Source: Octopus vulgaris
Taxonomy: Eukaryota
DNA: 64,000 nt
Reading direction: 5' to 3'
NCBI GenBank assembly: GCA_951406725.2
Contig: OX597814.1
Location: 206,274,001 to 206,338,000, forward strand
In this document: positions 1-12,000 of the stretch, piece after piece
Numbering within the stretch: the first letter of the stretch is position 1
How the letters are laid out: each line of letters opens with the position of its first letter
The notes under the pieces: generated by a model
Database searches by the model: none
What the model was told of the DNA's origin: nothing
What the model saw: only the letters and a program-made list of their open reading frames with translations
Position numbers and translations under genes: made by a program

Positions 1-798
1 TGCTGATATCAAAATGAAGTTTGGATTTAGAATGTGTGGTGTGTTAGACTTGAGTAGAGGCAAAATCATATGTATGGATGGGCAATCGATACCGTCGGGG
101 GAGGTTATGAAGCAGATAGAAGAGACGTGCTATAAGTACTTGAGGATATTGGAAATGGATAAAATGATGGAGAAGGAAATGAGAGTAAAATTTAAGGAGA
201 AGTACTTGTGCAGACTGAGTCTGATCCTTAATTCGAATTCAAACGCAAGGAATAAGATTGAATCTATCAATACCTGGGCGGTTTCACTCCTCAGATATGG
301 AGTAGGGGTAATCGCATGGGCAGTAGACAAACTAAATAGCTTATGAAGAAAAACAAGGACGTTGCTAACTAGATAGGGGTTACTCAACCCAAAAAGTGAC
401 ACAGACAGATTGTATGTACCAAGAAAATGTGGGAGAAGAGGACTGATTGGATGCGAACACAGCATTAGAGCAGAAGTAAGCAACATGATATGGTGTGTAA
501 AAGATGCCACAGAACCGCTTTAATTGAAATTAAGAAGGTCAGGCTTGTGTAAGATAGAAGATTGCAAAAATGGAGCCCTGTCCAAGGATTTGAGAATGAA
601 TGCGACTGAAAATAGGTGGATAAAGAAAATAATGCATGCACAATTTGATAGGGATATTTGAAAATAGGGCAGAGAGAGACAAAAGATTACTAAGGATGAC
701 AGAATGTGATTTAAGACCTGAAACGGAGGCTCTAATCTGCGCTTCCCAAGTGTAAGCATTAAAAACGAATTACATGAAATACAGAATAGACAACACAT
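1..798 (+). pseudogene. Degenerate R4/Dong-clade non-LTR retrotransposon, RT C-terminal fragment
   Basis: MKFGFRMC, YKYL, NARNKIESINTWAVSLLRYG and DRLYVPRKCGRRGL motifs match the intact element at 46.5-50.2k; contains stops. Confidence 0.85.
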
Positions 799-799
799 C

Positions 800-1308
800 T
801 AAGGAGCGATATATTAAAAACTGGCAAAACTAAAAAATGTTGAGGATAAATTAAGTTTATTATTGTTTCTGAAAATGCTAGTCATATTTCATTTCTACAC
901 AGTTTTGCTGCGGTTTATTTAGTTTAAATTCTTTATCCCTCAGTTTCTACTAAGACAGAGTAAAACTAATAATAGAGAAGTGAAAATAAATCTTTGGAAA
1001 CAGCAACGCCGCCATGACTTACGGGGCAACGATAAGCACGCTTTCAAGGGAGATAATCAGAGAAAGACTTGAAGGTTAAAATAAGATCGTAATACTTCAT
1101 GTAAAGTAAAGTAAATATAACAAATGATCCAGAATCCTTGTTCGGTCCCGGGCCGATCAGAAAGTCTTATCAGCTCGTGCTAGTCACGAGACTAAACATC
1201 CCTGAAAGTTTCATCCGAATCCATCCAGCAGTTCTTGAGATATCTTTTCCACGGACAAACAAACACGACTGAAAACAATACCTCCGCCTTAGTTAAGGCA
1301 GAGGCTAT
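800..1308. mobile_element. Probable non-autonomous Helentron/HINE-like element (copy at ~23290-23796)
   Basis: Ends in hairpin cctccgccttagttaaggcagagg preceded by (caaa)n and 'gaaagtttcatccgaatccatccagcagttcttgagatatc', resembling DINE/HINE termini. Confidence 0.45.
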
Positions 1309-1409
1309 AATGATGATGATGATATTGATGATATTGATGATGATGATGATGATGATGACGACGACGATGATGATAATGACAGTAGCAGTCAGTGGCGTTC
1401 ATGGCTTCT

Positions 1410-1925
1410 CATCTTAAGTGATTGGAAGTGTTATCATGTACATGTTTTTTCTTGGTATAAAAGATGGGTCACAGCAAATATTCTAGTCAAACCACAGGAT
1501 ATGCTTGTCAGTTGTTTGACTTTAACCACTTGAGCATTTCCCTTAGTGGCTGACGATATGTGCATCTCTGATCACGAGCAGAAATAGTGGGGGAGCATCA
1601 TGGACATGTGTTGAAAGGAATTGTTAAAGGTTTGGACAATTCACTTTTGGAAACATGGGTGGTTCACTCCACATCCATAAACAATCCTTATTCAGGGACC
1701 TTTTGAACGGGATGGGTTACTCGACCAGAAGAAAATTCTAACTGGGCCCCACCTGCAAGGTCATGCGTTGTTTATCTTGATATGAGATCATCATGTCGCG
1801 CACATACGTTTGTGATGCATGTGCCTGGTGTACCCTTATCAGACGGGTAGTCATGATGGGTATACTGGGCTCCGTATATTTTACCCCAGTGTCACTTTGA
1901 TGGCAAGCACTATTCTCTCACTCAA
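1410..1925 (+). mobile_element. Interspersed repeat, SINE-like, ending in an (AAT)n tail (copy ~23900-24416)
   Basis: Non-coding, moderate GC block between microsatellites that runs straight into (AAT)n; recalled as a common octopus repeat. Confidence 0.4.
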
Positions 1926-1986
1926 TTATAATAAAAATAATAATAATAATAATAATAATGATAATAATAATTATAATATTAATAAA

Positions 1987-2028
<42 letters not shown>

Positions 2029-2076
2029 AATAATACTAAAATTATAATAATAATACTAAAATTATAATAATAATAA

Positions 2077-2119
<43 letters not shown>

Positions 2120-2219
2120 TATAGGAATAATAATAATAATAATAATAATAATGATGATGTTGATGATGATGATAATTATACTAATAATAATAATAATAAT
2201 AATAATGATAATAATAATG

Positions 2220-2251
<32 letters not shown>

Positions 2252-2520
2252 GAGAATAGTAGTAGTAGTAAAAGTAATAATAATAATATTATTATTATTA
2301 TTAATAATAATAATAATAATAGAAATAATAATAATAATAATGGTAGTAGTAGTAGTAATAGTAGTAGTAGTAGTAGTGGTGGTGGTGGTGGTGGTGGTGG
2401 TGGTGGTGGTGGTGGTAGTAGTAGTACTTGTACTAGTAGTAGTAGTAATAGTAGTAGCAGTAGTAGTAGTCGTACTACTACTACTACTACTACTACTACT
2501 CGTAGTAGTAGTAGTAATTA
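1925..2520. repeat. Compound trinucleotide microsatellite (AAT/AGT/GAT/GGT/ACT); copy 24416-24998
   Basis: Directly visible; tract lengths differ between the duplicate copies. Confidence 0.98.
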
Positions 2521-2574
2521 TACACAAGGCCTCAATTTTTGGGAAGGGATTACGTAGATTACATTGACCCCAGT

Positions 2575-3400
2575 AAGTAAAAACAGAAAATAAACAAACA
2601 GAGAAACGAGACGTGCAACACAAAGTACATTCCTCTTCATCAGTTGTACCTGTTTCATCTACTTTGCGTTTTGAAAGTAAGGACAATACGCAACTTCGTT
2701 GAAACAGTCCTTCCCGTAGAGCAAATTAAATAAAATATGGGATTTTTTGCAGAGGGTGAAAGCGGTAACATGTTCTTAATAATGATGCGCACTCTTAACC
2801 TTTCTCTCCCTCTCCCGTTCTCGGCCTTCATTCTTTTGGCTTTCCTTTTCTTCTACCTTACTGTCTCTCCCTCTCTCTCTCTCATTCTTCATTATTTTCT
2901 CTACAACCATTCTCTTTTTTCTCTCCCTTTCTCTCACTCCTCCTCCTCCCTCCCGTCGTTGACCCGCGTCGAGACCTCTGCGACTGTCCTGGTTGCCTTC
3001 AAGTAGAGATGGCACTTTCTGTTGCTCCTTCGCCATTCTCAAAAAATAGCGTTCGTAAAAAAATTTATCTCGTTCGGCTTAACAGCCCTTCTTTTTTGTG
3101 TTATGTCCTGTCTTTTACTGTTTATATTTTGTTCTGTCGTTACTGTCCTGTTTTTGTTACCATTTTTACCCCTCCGCAAAAAATCACAAATTTTATTTAA
3201 TTTGATTTTCGCGGGAAGGATTGTTTCATTAAAGTAATGTAAACGTGGAGTAGATGAAACAAAGGCGACTGAAGAAGGGGAATTTTCCTTGTTTTGTATG
3301 TCCTGTACTCTATTATTTTGTTGCTTAAGAAAAATGTCCATTTCCTTGGTTTTGTGTTTATGTTTTCGTTTCTCATTGTGTTCGACGTTTTTTTGGTGTC
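2575..3400. mobile_element. Foldback/MITE-like element with long imperfect inverted arms (copy ~25055-25880)
   Basis: 2700-2770 (gaaacagtccttcccg...ttttttgcagagggtgaaagcggtaaca) is the reverse complement of 3155-3228 (tgttaccatttttacccctccgcaaaaaa...cgggaaggattgtttc). Confidence 0.65.
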
Positions 3401-3492
3401 CTGTACCCATATATGCATGTATATATACATGTAGAGGTAGGTACGTACATATATGTATGTATATACGCATATGTTTTATTTATTTATTAATT

Positions 3493-3542
<50 letters not shown>

Positions 3543-3559
3543 TATATACTTTTCTATTC

Positions 3560-3940
3560 TAGGCACAAGGCCCGAAATTTTTGGGGATGGGGCCAGTTGT
3601 TTACATCGACCCTAGTAGGCAACTGGTACAGAATTTATCGGCACCGAAAGGATGGAATGCAAAGTCGTTCTCGACGGAATTTGAACTCAGAACGCAATGG
3701 CAGACGAAATACCTATTTCTTTACTACCTCCAAGGGCTAAACACAGAGAGGACAAGCAAGGACAGACAAACGGATTAAGTCGATTATATTGACACCAGTG
3801 AGCAACTAGTACTTAATTTATTGACCTCGAAAGGATGAAAGGCATATTCGACCTCGGCTGAATTTGGATTCAGAACGTAACGGCAGACGAAATACCGCTA
3901 GGTATTTCTCCAGGTTGGCCAACGATTCTGCCAGCCAGCA
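3560..3940 (-). mobile_element. tRNA-derived SINE with Nin-type core, composite (copy ~26033-26413)
   Basis: Minus strand has tggcagaatcgtt (A-box-like), a B-box-like gttcaaattcc and gcctttcatcctttcg (Nin-domain core). Confidence 0.8.
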
Positions 3941-3989
3941 GAACGTATATACAACACTATAATCTACTATACATACATATATCTCTCCA

Positions 3990-5160
3990 TACATATATAT
4001 GTAAATAGGCGCTGGTCCCCTTGTACACACATGAGTCGGCAGACATATTGAAAGAAAATATTAGTTTAAAACAATTTAAAATTTAGCTTATTTGGAATGT
4101 AAGAGTAATGCTTCCTGTATCAAATAATTGATGTTTGTACAGTAAAAATAACAATTTAAAAATAATCATTCGTTTCTGGCCAGTTTTTCACATTCGAATT
4201 TGAGTTCTTAGCAGCATACAGAAAGAAACTACTCTCCTGGAAGGAACCAAATGTTGCAACTATGTGAGTTTCAATTCTCTTTTTGTAGTTTTCAGTTTTA
4301 TCCACATTTTCTCGCGATATTGTAATATAAATTCTCTCTGATTATTCACAGCTACTTCACCATTGTATATTTATACATACATTTATAAAACTATATTCAT
4401 ACATATTTTCGCAACCGCTGAGTTAAGGACCTCAGATCTGAAAAAGATCTGAGCTCTTTCAGCTAAACATAGCCTACAGGTATTTGATCCATTAACATAA
4501 GGTATAGATTTCTCAATTATTTTCCACCTAATCACATATGGTGTTTCGGTAGCTTTCAAATTACATACATGGCTAGCCAACTTAATAGCTTTGCTTTTGT
4601 CCTTATGTCGGAAAGAGGCTATGTGATTAGCATAGCGATTTTTAAATTCCCCTTCACATGATCCAATATAGGTTTTCTTATCAGTTGTATTAACATTTAG
4701 CGTAGCAGTAACTTCTGCATCATATATGACAAATTTAATCATACATCGTTGGTCAAGTGGACAGGACCCTGGGTTGTGACAGTTACAACTGGATTTAGGC
4801 TCTTGGTATTCATCTCGTGTAACGATACTCTTCATGTTGGGGCAAAAGCTGCTATAAGATAATTTCTTAGAAAGCCTATTAAATACTTTCTTCTATGTGT
4901 GGGTTGCTGAAAAGCTGCTGCAACACAAAGAATTCATCATTCTCCTTTGACGATAACTGCTAGTCCTGATTAACAATTCGCTGTAAAGAAAATGCCGGCT
5001 CAACGACGTAATTAGAACGAACCAATTTCTTCTTATTCTTCGAAATTGTTTTTGTGCATATTCGTAATCTTCGACATCTAAAACGTAGGAATCCGATAAA
5101 TTTGTTTTGCAAAATATGTATTTTTCAAGGAGAGGTGCGAAGCTGCATTAGCCCTAATAC
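3990..5160 (-). mobile_element. Penelope-like element 3' fragment with GIY-YIG endonuclease (ORF 4383-4835); copy ~26463-27633
   Basis: CNCHNPGSCPLDQRC, VIY...TYIG, RYANH, WKII and CRLCLAE motifs typical of PLE endonucleases. Confidence 0.88.
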
Positions 5161-5573
5161 TCCAATGGCCTGCGCAAGACATATCCCCTGACAGTCAAGC
5201 CCGACTTGTTCGCCGAACGAACAGGAGAATCGAGGGAAAAGGCGAATATCTAGCGCTTATTTACGTTATAGCTAACCTCCTCGTACAAATAACTTAATCT
5301 TTTCGCATTTTGCGCTGCCGTTATTTGTCGTAAGTTTTAATAAAAGTTTTTGTTAATTGGATTTCTTATTATATAATTCGGTTTTATTTTATTAGCGTCA
5401 TTGGTATTTTTATCTATACTAAATACTATTTCAATTTTTCTACCTTTATCTCACCCGATATGATTACCATCCAAATTCCTATCGCTTTTATCAGAGGATA
5501 TAAACTTATTTTTCTTAATATCATCATTAGGATATATGTATTTGCTTTGGGAACCCATTCGCCTTGAAGACCG

Positions 5574-5632
5574 GTGATTGTCGTGCGCTGATGACGGGTA
5601 ATTACTCATAAACCAGGGTCCGTGCGTATCAC
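5574..5632 (+). ncRNA. Degenerate type I hammerhead ribozyme-like motif (copy 28047-28105)
   Basis: Stem I cgtgcg/cgtgcg plus gtgat/atcac, CTGATGA at 5588-5594, stem II gggt-aatt-actc, TAAA in place of GAAA, stem III cc-ag-gg, GTC triplet ending 5620. Confidence 0.55.
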
Positions 5633-5757
5633 GTCAGGTCGACGATGGGAAGGATGGCTTCCCTTTGCAAATACTGATAGGACACAGAAAGTGTGTCAAT
5701 AGCCAGCTGGAGAAGATGTTCTCCTGGGGCTACAAGCTACAGTATACACATATCTGT

Positions 5758-6542
5758 ACATACATATATATGTAAATAGCCGCATGCCCCTTAGTACACA
5801 CATGAGTCGGCAGACATATTGAAAGAAAACATTAATTTAAAACAATTTAAAATTTAGCTTGTTTGGAATGTAAGAGTAATGCTTCCTGTATCAAATAATT
5901 GATGTTTGTACAGTAAAAATAACAATTTAAAAATAGTCATTCGTTTCTGGCCAAATTTTCACATTCGAATTTACGTTCTTAGCAGCATACAGAAAGAAAC
6001 TACTCTCCTAGAAGGAACCAAATGTTGCAACTATGTGAGTTTCAATTCTTTTTTATAATTTTCAGTTTCATCCACATTTTCTCGCGATATTGTAATATAA
6101 ATTCTCTCTGATTATTCACAGCTACTTCACCATTGTATATTTATACATACATTTATAAAACTATATTCATACATATTTTCGCAACCGCTGAGTTAAGGAC
6201 CTCAGATCTGAAAAAGATCTGAGCTCTTTCAGCTAAACATAGCCTACATGTATTTGATCCATTAACATAAGGTATAGATTTCTCAATTATTTTCCACCTA
6301 ATCACATATGGTGTTTCGGTAGCTTTCAAACTACATACATGGCTAGCCAACTTAATAGCTTTGCTTTTGTCCTTATGTCGGAAAGAGGCTATGTGATTAG
6401 CATAGCGATTTTTTAAATTCCCCTTCACATGATCCAATATAGGTTTTCTTATCAGTTGTATTAACATTTAGCGTAGCAGTAACTTCTGCATCATATATGA
6501 CAAGTTTAATCGTACATCGTTGGTCAAGTGGACAGGACCCTG
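5758..6542 (-). mobile_element. Second Penelope GIY-YIG fragment, direct repeat of 3990-4771 (copy ~28230-29015)
   Basis: Near-identical ~780-bp repeat; ORF 6153-6467 repeats the endonuclease C-terminus. Partial tandem arrangement is typical of PLEs. Confidence 0.88.
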
Positions 6543-6659
6543 TGGTTAGCCACATTTCGATGGCAAATATACTTCACAAAATTTATGTATTTTCGTTAAA
6601 TTTCAATTTTTCTCTATATTCCACCTTACTCACTGCTAGGTTATAATGGTCTTCCTTTT

Positions 6660-7020
6660 GCGAAATGCTTGGCGGTATTTCGTCTGTCTTTACGTTCTAA
6701 GTTCAAATTCCGTCGAGGTCGGCTTTGCCTTTCATCCTTTCGGGGTCGATAAATTAAGCACCAGTTGCGTACTGATGTCGATCTAATCGACTTAATCCGC
6801 TCCACCAAAATTCCGGACCTGGTGCCTTGATGAGAAAAGACAAAGATAATAGTCTTACTTTTGCGAAATGCTTGGCGGTATTTCGTCTGCCGTTACGTTT
6901 TGAGTTCAAATTCCGCCTAGGTCGACTTTGCCTTTCATCCTTTCGGGGTTGATAAATTAAGCATCAGTTGCGTACTGGGGTCGATATAATCGACTTAATC
7001 CCTCCCCAGAATTTCGGTCC
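6660..7020 (+). mobile_element. Two tandem 5'-truncated Nin-core SINEs (copy ~29133-29494)
   Basis: gcgaaatgcttggcggtatttcg...gttcaaattcc...gcctttcatcctttcgggg occurs twice. Confidence 0.85.
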
Positions 7021-7604
7021 AAGTCTTTGTTTCGCTTAAATATTTCTTCACCAGCCGTTAGGTTCGAAATATGTGCAGATACCTTTTCAGCTATTTTCTA
7101 TCTTATGGATGATTGCTGTTTTTATAAACGAATTTTTTGTGTGTTTAATATTTATTTTATTAAACCGATTAATTACCTCATATGAGCTAGACCAAAGTGT
7201 AAGATTAATTATATTTCTTGATCCGGGTATATACTCATCCATAATCAGCTTACTTATCTTGCCTATGTCAGATTTTGATGGGTATATATTAGTCTTGAAA
7301 TTAGTTTTGTGATATTTAATGTTAAGTCTTGGTAGTTTAACTTTCTAAGGTGCAGATTTATTGACGATCTTATATTTATCCATTATCTCCCTGGCTATTA
7401 AGTTTATTCTTTTTAGATTGCTTCTGCTTGTTACTTTATAGTTCTTTTGGTTGGGATAAAACAGGATGTGCAAAAAGTCTCTCCGCAGTAAGTATTTTAT
7501 TGCAAAATAAATATCTTATTTGATGGTTTATAAGACGCGACTTTATTTCTTTTTTTTAACCCCCAAATGGTTTTAAAAATCCCTCTGAGTCCAATGCACT
7601 TAAT

Positions 7605-10600
7605 AATGTTCGTCCTTCGGGTTCGAAGATGACCAGTGACATCATTTGGTGGAATTACTCCTCTGAGACCGGAGGTGGCTGGTGAGGCCAATCCGGGCAA
7701 GAAAGCCCCTCCCACAGGTGGGGCAGAAGTGGGTAGGGGCTGTGCTATTGGTGCAGGTGGCTCTGGCTTTCCGCATCTGGCGTTTCTGTTCTGCTGACTG
7801 AATCCGTCTCTCCTCGGCTGTCTTTGCTCCTGTGGTGATTGCGCTGCGCCAGGATGAGCGGTGTCTCCCAAGTTTCTGTGCCGATGGAGAAGTCTTTGAG
7901 AGAGACTTTGAGACTGTCCTTGAAGCGCTTCTTCTGCCCTCCGATTTTGCATTTTCCCTGGCTGAGTTCACCGTAGAAGAGCTGTTTTGGGATGCGAGTG
8001 TCGGACATGCGGGAGACGTAACCTGCCCATCTCAGCTGGGCCTTGCGCATGATCGTGATGGTGCTAGGGAGATCTGCCTACTTCAGAACTTCCGTGTCTG
8101 GGACTTTGTCCTGCCAGCGGATGTGAAGGAGGTTCCGAAGACACCTTAGGTGGAAGTGGTTTATCTGGCGCTCGTGCCTTCGGTAAGCAGTCCACGTCTC
8201 GCAGCCGTATAGTAGGGTGGTAAGCACGACTGCCCGGTAGACCTTCAGCTTGGTGTTGAGGCTGATTCCTCTCCGCTCCCAGACTTTCTTTCGCAGTCTC
8301 CCAAACGTGCTGCTTGCCTTGGAGATTCTGTTGATGATTTCAGCATCTATGTTGGCATTGCAGGAGAGAGTGCTGCCCAGGAAGGTGAAGTTTTCCACCA
8401 CTCGTAGGATCCGTCCGTTCACCTTTATCTGAGGCTCATGGTATTGTTAGCCGGGGGCTGGCTGAAACATCACTTCGGTTTTATTGGCACTGATGGTGAG
8501 ACCGAAGTTGTCACAGGCTGATGAGAACCTGTCCATCCCGAGCTGCATCTTCTGTTCATCGATTGCGTTAAGGGCGCAGTAGTCAGCAAAGAGAAAGTAT
8601 CTGATGTCTGTCTCCCTCAACTCTGTGACGGCCTGCAATCTTCTGGAGTTGAAAAATTTCCCGTCCGTCCTGTACTTGATGTCGATACCGGACTTGCAGT
8701 CCCTGAAGGCATCGGACATCATTGCCGAGAACATGATGCTGAACAGTGTTGGGGCCAGGACACAGCCCTGCCTGACTCCGTTGGTCACCTGGAAGACTTC
8801 AGATGAGTTGCCGTCTTCAAGGACTCTGGCTGTCATTCCGTCGTGGAACTGGCGGACAATTGCAATAAATTTGCTGGGGCAACCAAATTTTCCCATGACC
8901 TTCCAGAGTCCCTCCCGACTGACTGTATCGAAAGCCCTGGTGAGGTCAACAAAGGTTATGCAGAGGTCAAGGTGCTGCTCCATGCATTTCTCCTAGAGCT
9001 GGCGGGCGACGAATATCATGTCAGTGGTCCCTCGACCTGCGCGGAAGCCACACTGGCTCTCAGGGAGAAGGCCTTGCTCCAAGTGTTCCAGAAGGCGGTC
9101 AAGCAGGACTCGGGCAAGGATCTTGCCTGCTATGTACAAGAGGGAGATTCCTCGGTGGTTGTCGCAGGTCTGGCGATCTCCTTTCCGCTTATAAATGTGG
9201 ACGATTGTTGCGTCCCGGAAATCTTGAGGGAGTTGTTCCCTGTCCCACATCGACTGGAACAGGCTGGTGAGCTGACTGATCATGGTGGGGCCGCCCGACT
9301 TGAACACTTCTGCAGGGATGGCGTCAGAGCCTGGAGATTTGCCGGTGGACAATTTTTTGGTGGCTCTGCTCACTTCCTCGACTGCAGGGGGAACAGCCGG
9401 CTCGTGGTTTGTCGGCACCTGGGGTAGTCGTGCGATGGCTTCCTCGTTGATCTGGGCTGGTCGGTTGAGCACGATGTTAAAATGCTCCCCCATCTCTCCA
9501 GGATCAGCCTCTTGTTAGTCAGGAGTGAGGTTCCATCAGAGCTGAGCAGGGTGGTTGATCCAAAGGAGGACTGCAGTCCATAGACAGCTTTCAGCACCTC
9601 ATAGAATTTCTTGGTGTCGTGTTTGTCTGCATATCCCTGAATCTCATCCGCCTTGGCGCTTAACCATGCGTCTTTCATGAGGCGGAGTTTTGCCTGGACT
9701 GTGCTGCGAATGTTGTTGAAAGCAGCCTTCTTTGCCGTGCAGGTGGTATCATTTTGGTGGCCCGAAGCAGACGGCGTTTCTCTTCCATGAGCTTTTGGAT
9801 TTCCTGGTCGTTTTCGTCGAACCAGTCCTGGTGGTTCCTCGTAACTTGGCCTAGAGTTTCAAGGGCGATGGAATGAGCCGTGTCCCTGAATGATTCCCAC
9901 TGCTCATCGATGCTGGACTGGTCATTCCGAATGTCCAACAGCTTGCTGTCCATACGTGACTGGAGATCTTGTGCAGTCAGCTGGTTCTTTAATTTCGTGA
10001 TGTTAAGCTTCCTCGTCATTTTCTGACCCTGTGGTCTTCTCTTAGGTTGGATGTAGAAATCCATCCTGGAGATGATGAGGCGATGGTCCGCCCAGCAATC
10101 AGCTCCACATATGGATTTGACCAGTCTCACGTCCCGCCTGTCTTTCGCCCTGACGATGACGTAATCTATCAGATGCCAGTGTTTGGAGCGTGGATGCATC
10201 CATGATGTCTTGTTGTGTGTTGGCAGACGGAACAAGGTGTTGGCGATGGTAAGATCATGAGAGGCGCACGCCCGCAGGAGGAGCTGCCCCTTGTTGTTGC
10301 ACTTTACGATTCCTTGCTTTCCCAGTACGCGATGCCAGGCTTGGTGGTCAGTCCCGACACGGGCGTTAAAGTCCCCAATGAGGATGAGCTTCCCAGGCTG
10401 GGCTGACGTGATGAGGGAGTCAAGTTCCTCATAGAACCTGTCCTTAACTTCTTCAGGGTTGGTCATGGTGGGGACGTAAGCGCTGATGATGGTCGCACTA
10501 GTCTTGTTTCCAAGTGGGAGCTGCATCTTCATCAGCTGATCGTTGATACCCTCGGGGGAGCTTTCCAGTTTCCGCACGTGTACTGACTTGATGGCAAAAC

Positions 10601-11561
10601 CAACACCAGCCTCACGACGCTCTTCGCTGCTGCGACCACTCCAAAGAAAGTGTAGCCACCGCCTCTCTCTGTCAGCTGGCCTTTGTCCGCAAGGCGGGTC
10701 TCGCTCACTGCTGCGATATCAACATTGTATCGGCTCAGTTCTCTGGCCACCAGGGCAGTTCGTCTCTCTGGTCTGTCCGCTTTGGTGTTGTCAAGCAGAG
10801 TTCTCACGTTCCAAGTTGCGAAAGTGAGCACCTTTGTTCGTTTTCTTTCTTTGTTTCGACCGCTTGGAAAGGACCCCCGCCAGCCGCGGTTTGCTGACCA
10901 GGGTGAGGTGAGGCAGGCTATGTTTAGAGCAACCTTTTCTAGCCCCGTCCTCATGCTGCGGAGGCGAGCAGAGCGATCCTGAAGAGAGCTGCTCGGTCAC
11001 TCAGGTGGGTGCCGGACTCCACTGCTGCCTCAGTTCAGTGAGGGGCGACTACATGTCCTGAGCCGCCTGTGTGTGGGTTCACGACTGCAGCTCCCAGTGT
11101 ATCCTCACCTGCTACTTCGCCGTTTCCCCATCGCCACAGGACTTTGTGATGTTGGTGTCATGATGTCATGACGTGCGCGTGACTTGGATTATAGTGAGGG
11201 TGACTTGCGCAGGATCAGCCTCACTCTCTCGTCCTGGTGCGCCGGATCCAGTGGCAAGACAAAGTCAAGACGGCTGGGGTAGACCAGGATGCAGGAGCTG
11301 CCGGAAGGTGGCACGCATGTCGCAATCGAACCGCCTTAGGGGCTCCACTCTGGATTTATGTGGGTTTTTGGATGGCCATTGACTCATGAGAGAGTTCCTC
11401 TGCTCTTTGACAGGTTTTGTTTTTAGTCTTGTTGGGTGTCCAAATAACCCTCCTCACCAAGAAATCTTGGTGGGGTTGCCAGTTTAGTCGCCAACGACTC
11501 GACCATGTAACAAGTTGTACTGGGTTACATGTTACCAGTAGCTCCGAGCGGAGACCTGACA
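7605..11561 (-). mobile_element. Near full-length RTE-clade LINE (APE endonuclease + RT), inactivated
   Basis: TWNVRTL, SETR, GDFNARVG, HLIDYVI (APE); ESQCGFR, FVDLTRAFD, GVRQGCVLAP, FADY (RT); C-terminal CPTC..H zinc finger. 13-bp TSD caatgcacttaat at 7592-7604 and 11562-11574. Confidence 0.95.
11477..11561 (-). ncRNA. Candidate 5'-truncated HDV-like ribozyme at the RTE 5' end
   Basis: P2 TGTCAG/CTGGCA, P3-L3 TCTCCGCTCGGA, P1 3' strand GCTACT then GG, P4 hairpins, J4/2 ACTAA. The P1 5' strand is absent. Confidence 0.35.
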
Positions 11562-11869
11562 CAATGCACTTAATGTAGGCTCAAAACGGTATGTATGTTT
11601 ACAAAACGTATGCTGCCATTTATTGGTGAACAATCGCCTACGGTAGGTTTATATCGAATATGGATGCAATAAATTGCTTATAATTACCGGTAATAACGTA
11701 AAATTATACAGGCAAGTGGAGGAATGAAAATATTATTTTAGTGGTAATTTATTTTACAAAAGTAGACTAATGTGCGTCCTATGCACTCGTGCGTCTTATA
11801 AGCCATCAAAAACGGTATTTATAAGATGGTATAAGTCTACAAAAGAATATATTAGTCATTACAAGACTT

Positions 11870-12000
11870 TAACAAACTTTATAAGAGGTGTTGAAAATGT
11901 CGTCCTTCATTTTCAATACAGAAGTTGACTCTTCTACACATGTTTTGAAATACATCTTGGAGAGTCTGACGCGGTATGGACCGTGCGAAGGTGATGATTG
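11870..12000 (-). pseudogene. Tc1/mariner transposase C-terminal remnant
   Basis: Minus strand reads ...NEGRHFQHLL*, a typical mariner C-terminus. Confidence 0.5.

Larger units (their letters stand above)
7512..11817. mobile_element. ~350-bp pogo/Tc1-type MITE split by the RTE insertion
   Basis: TIRs 7512-7538 tatcttatttgatggtttataagacgc and 11791-11817 gcgtcttataagccatcaaaaacggta, with TA at both outer ends. Confidence 0.7.

Noticed and set aside
2042-2686. Poly-Ile/Thr/Val/Asn/Leu/Tyr ORFs here and at 24.5k, 45.8k, 50.3k, 51.3k, 55.2k, 57.7k and 61.4k
   Set aside because: Translations of microsatellites that happen to lack stops.
7832-11382. Plus-strand ORFs over the RTE
   Set aside because: Antisense shadows of the GC-rich RTE coding sequence.
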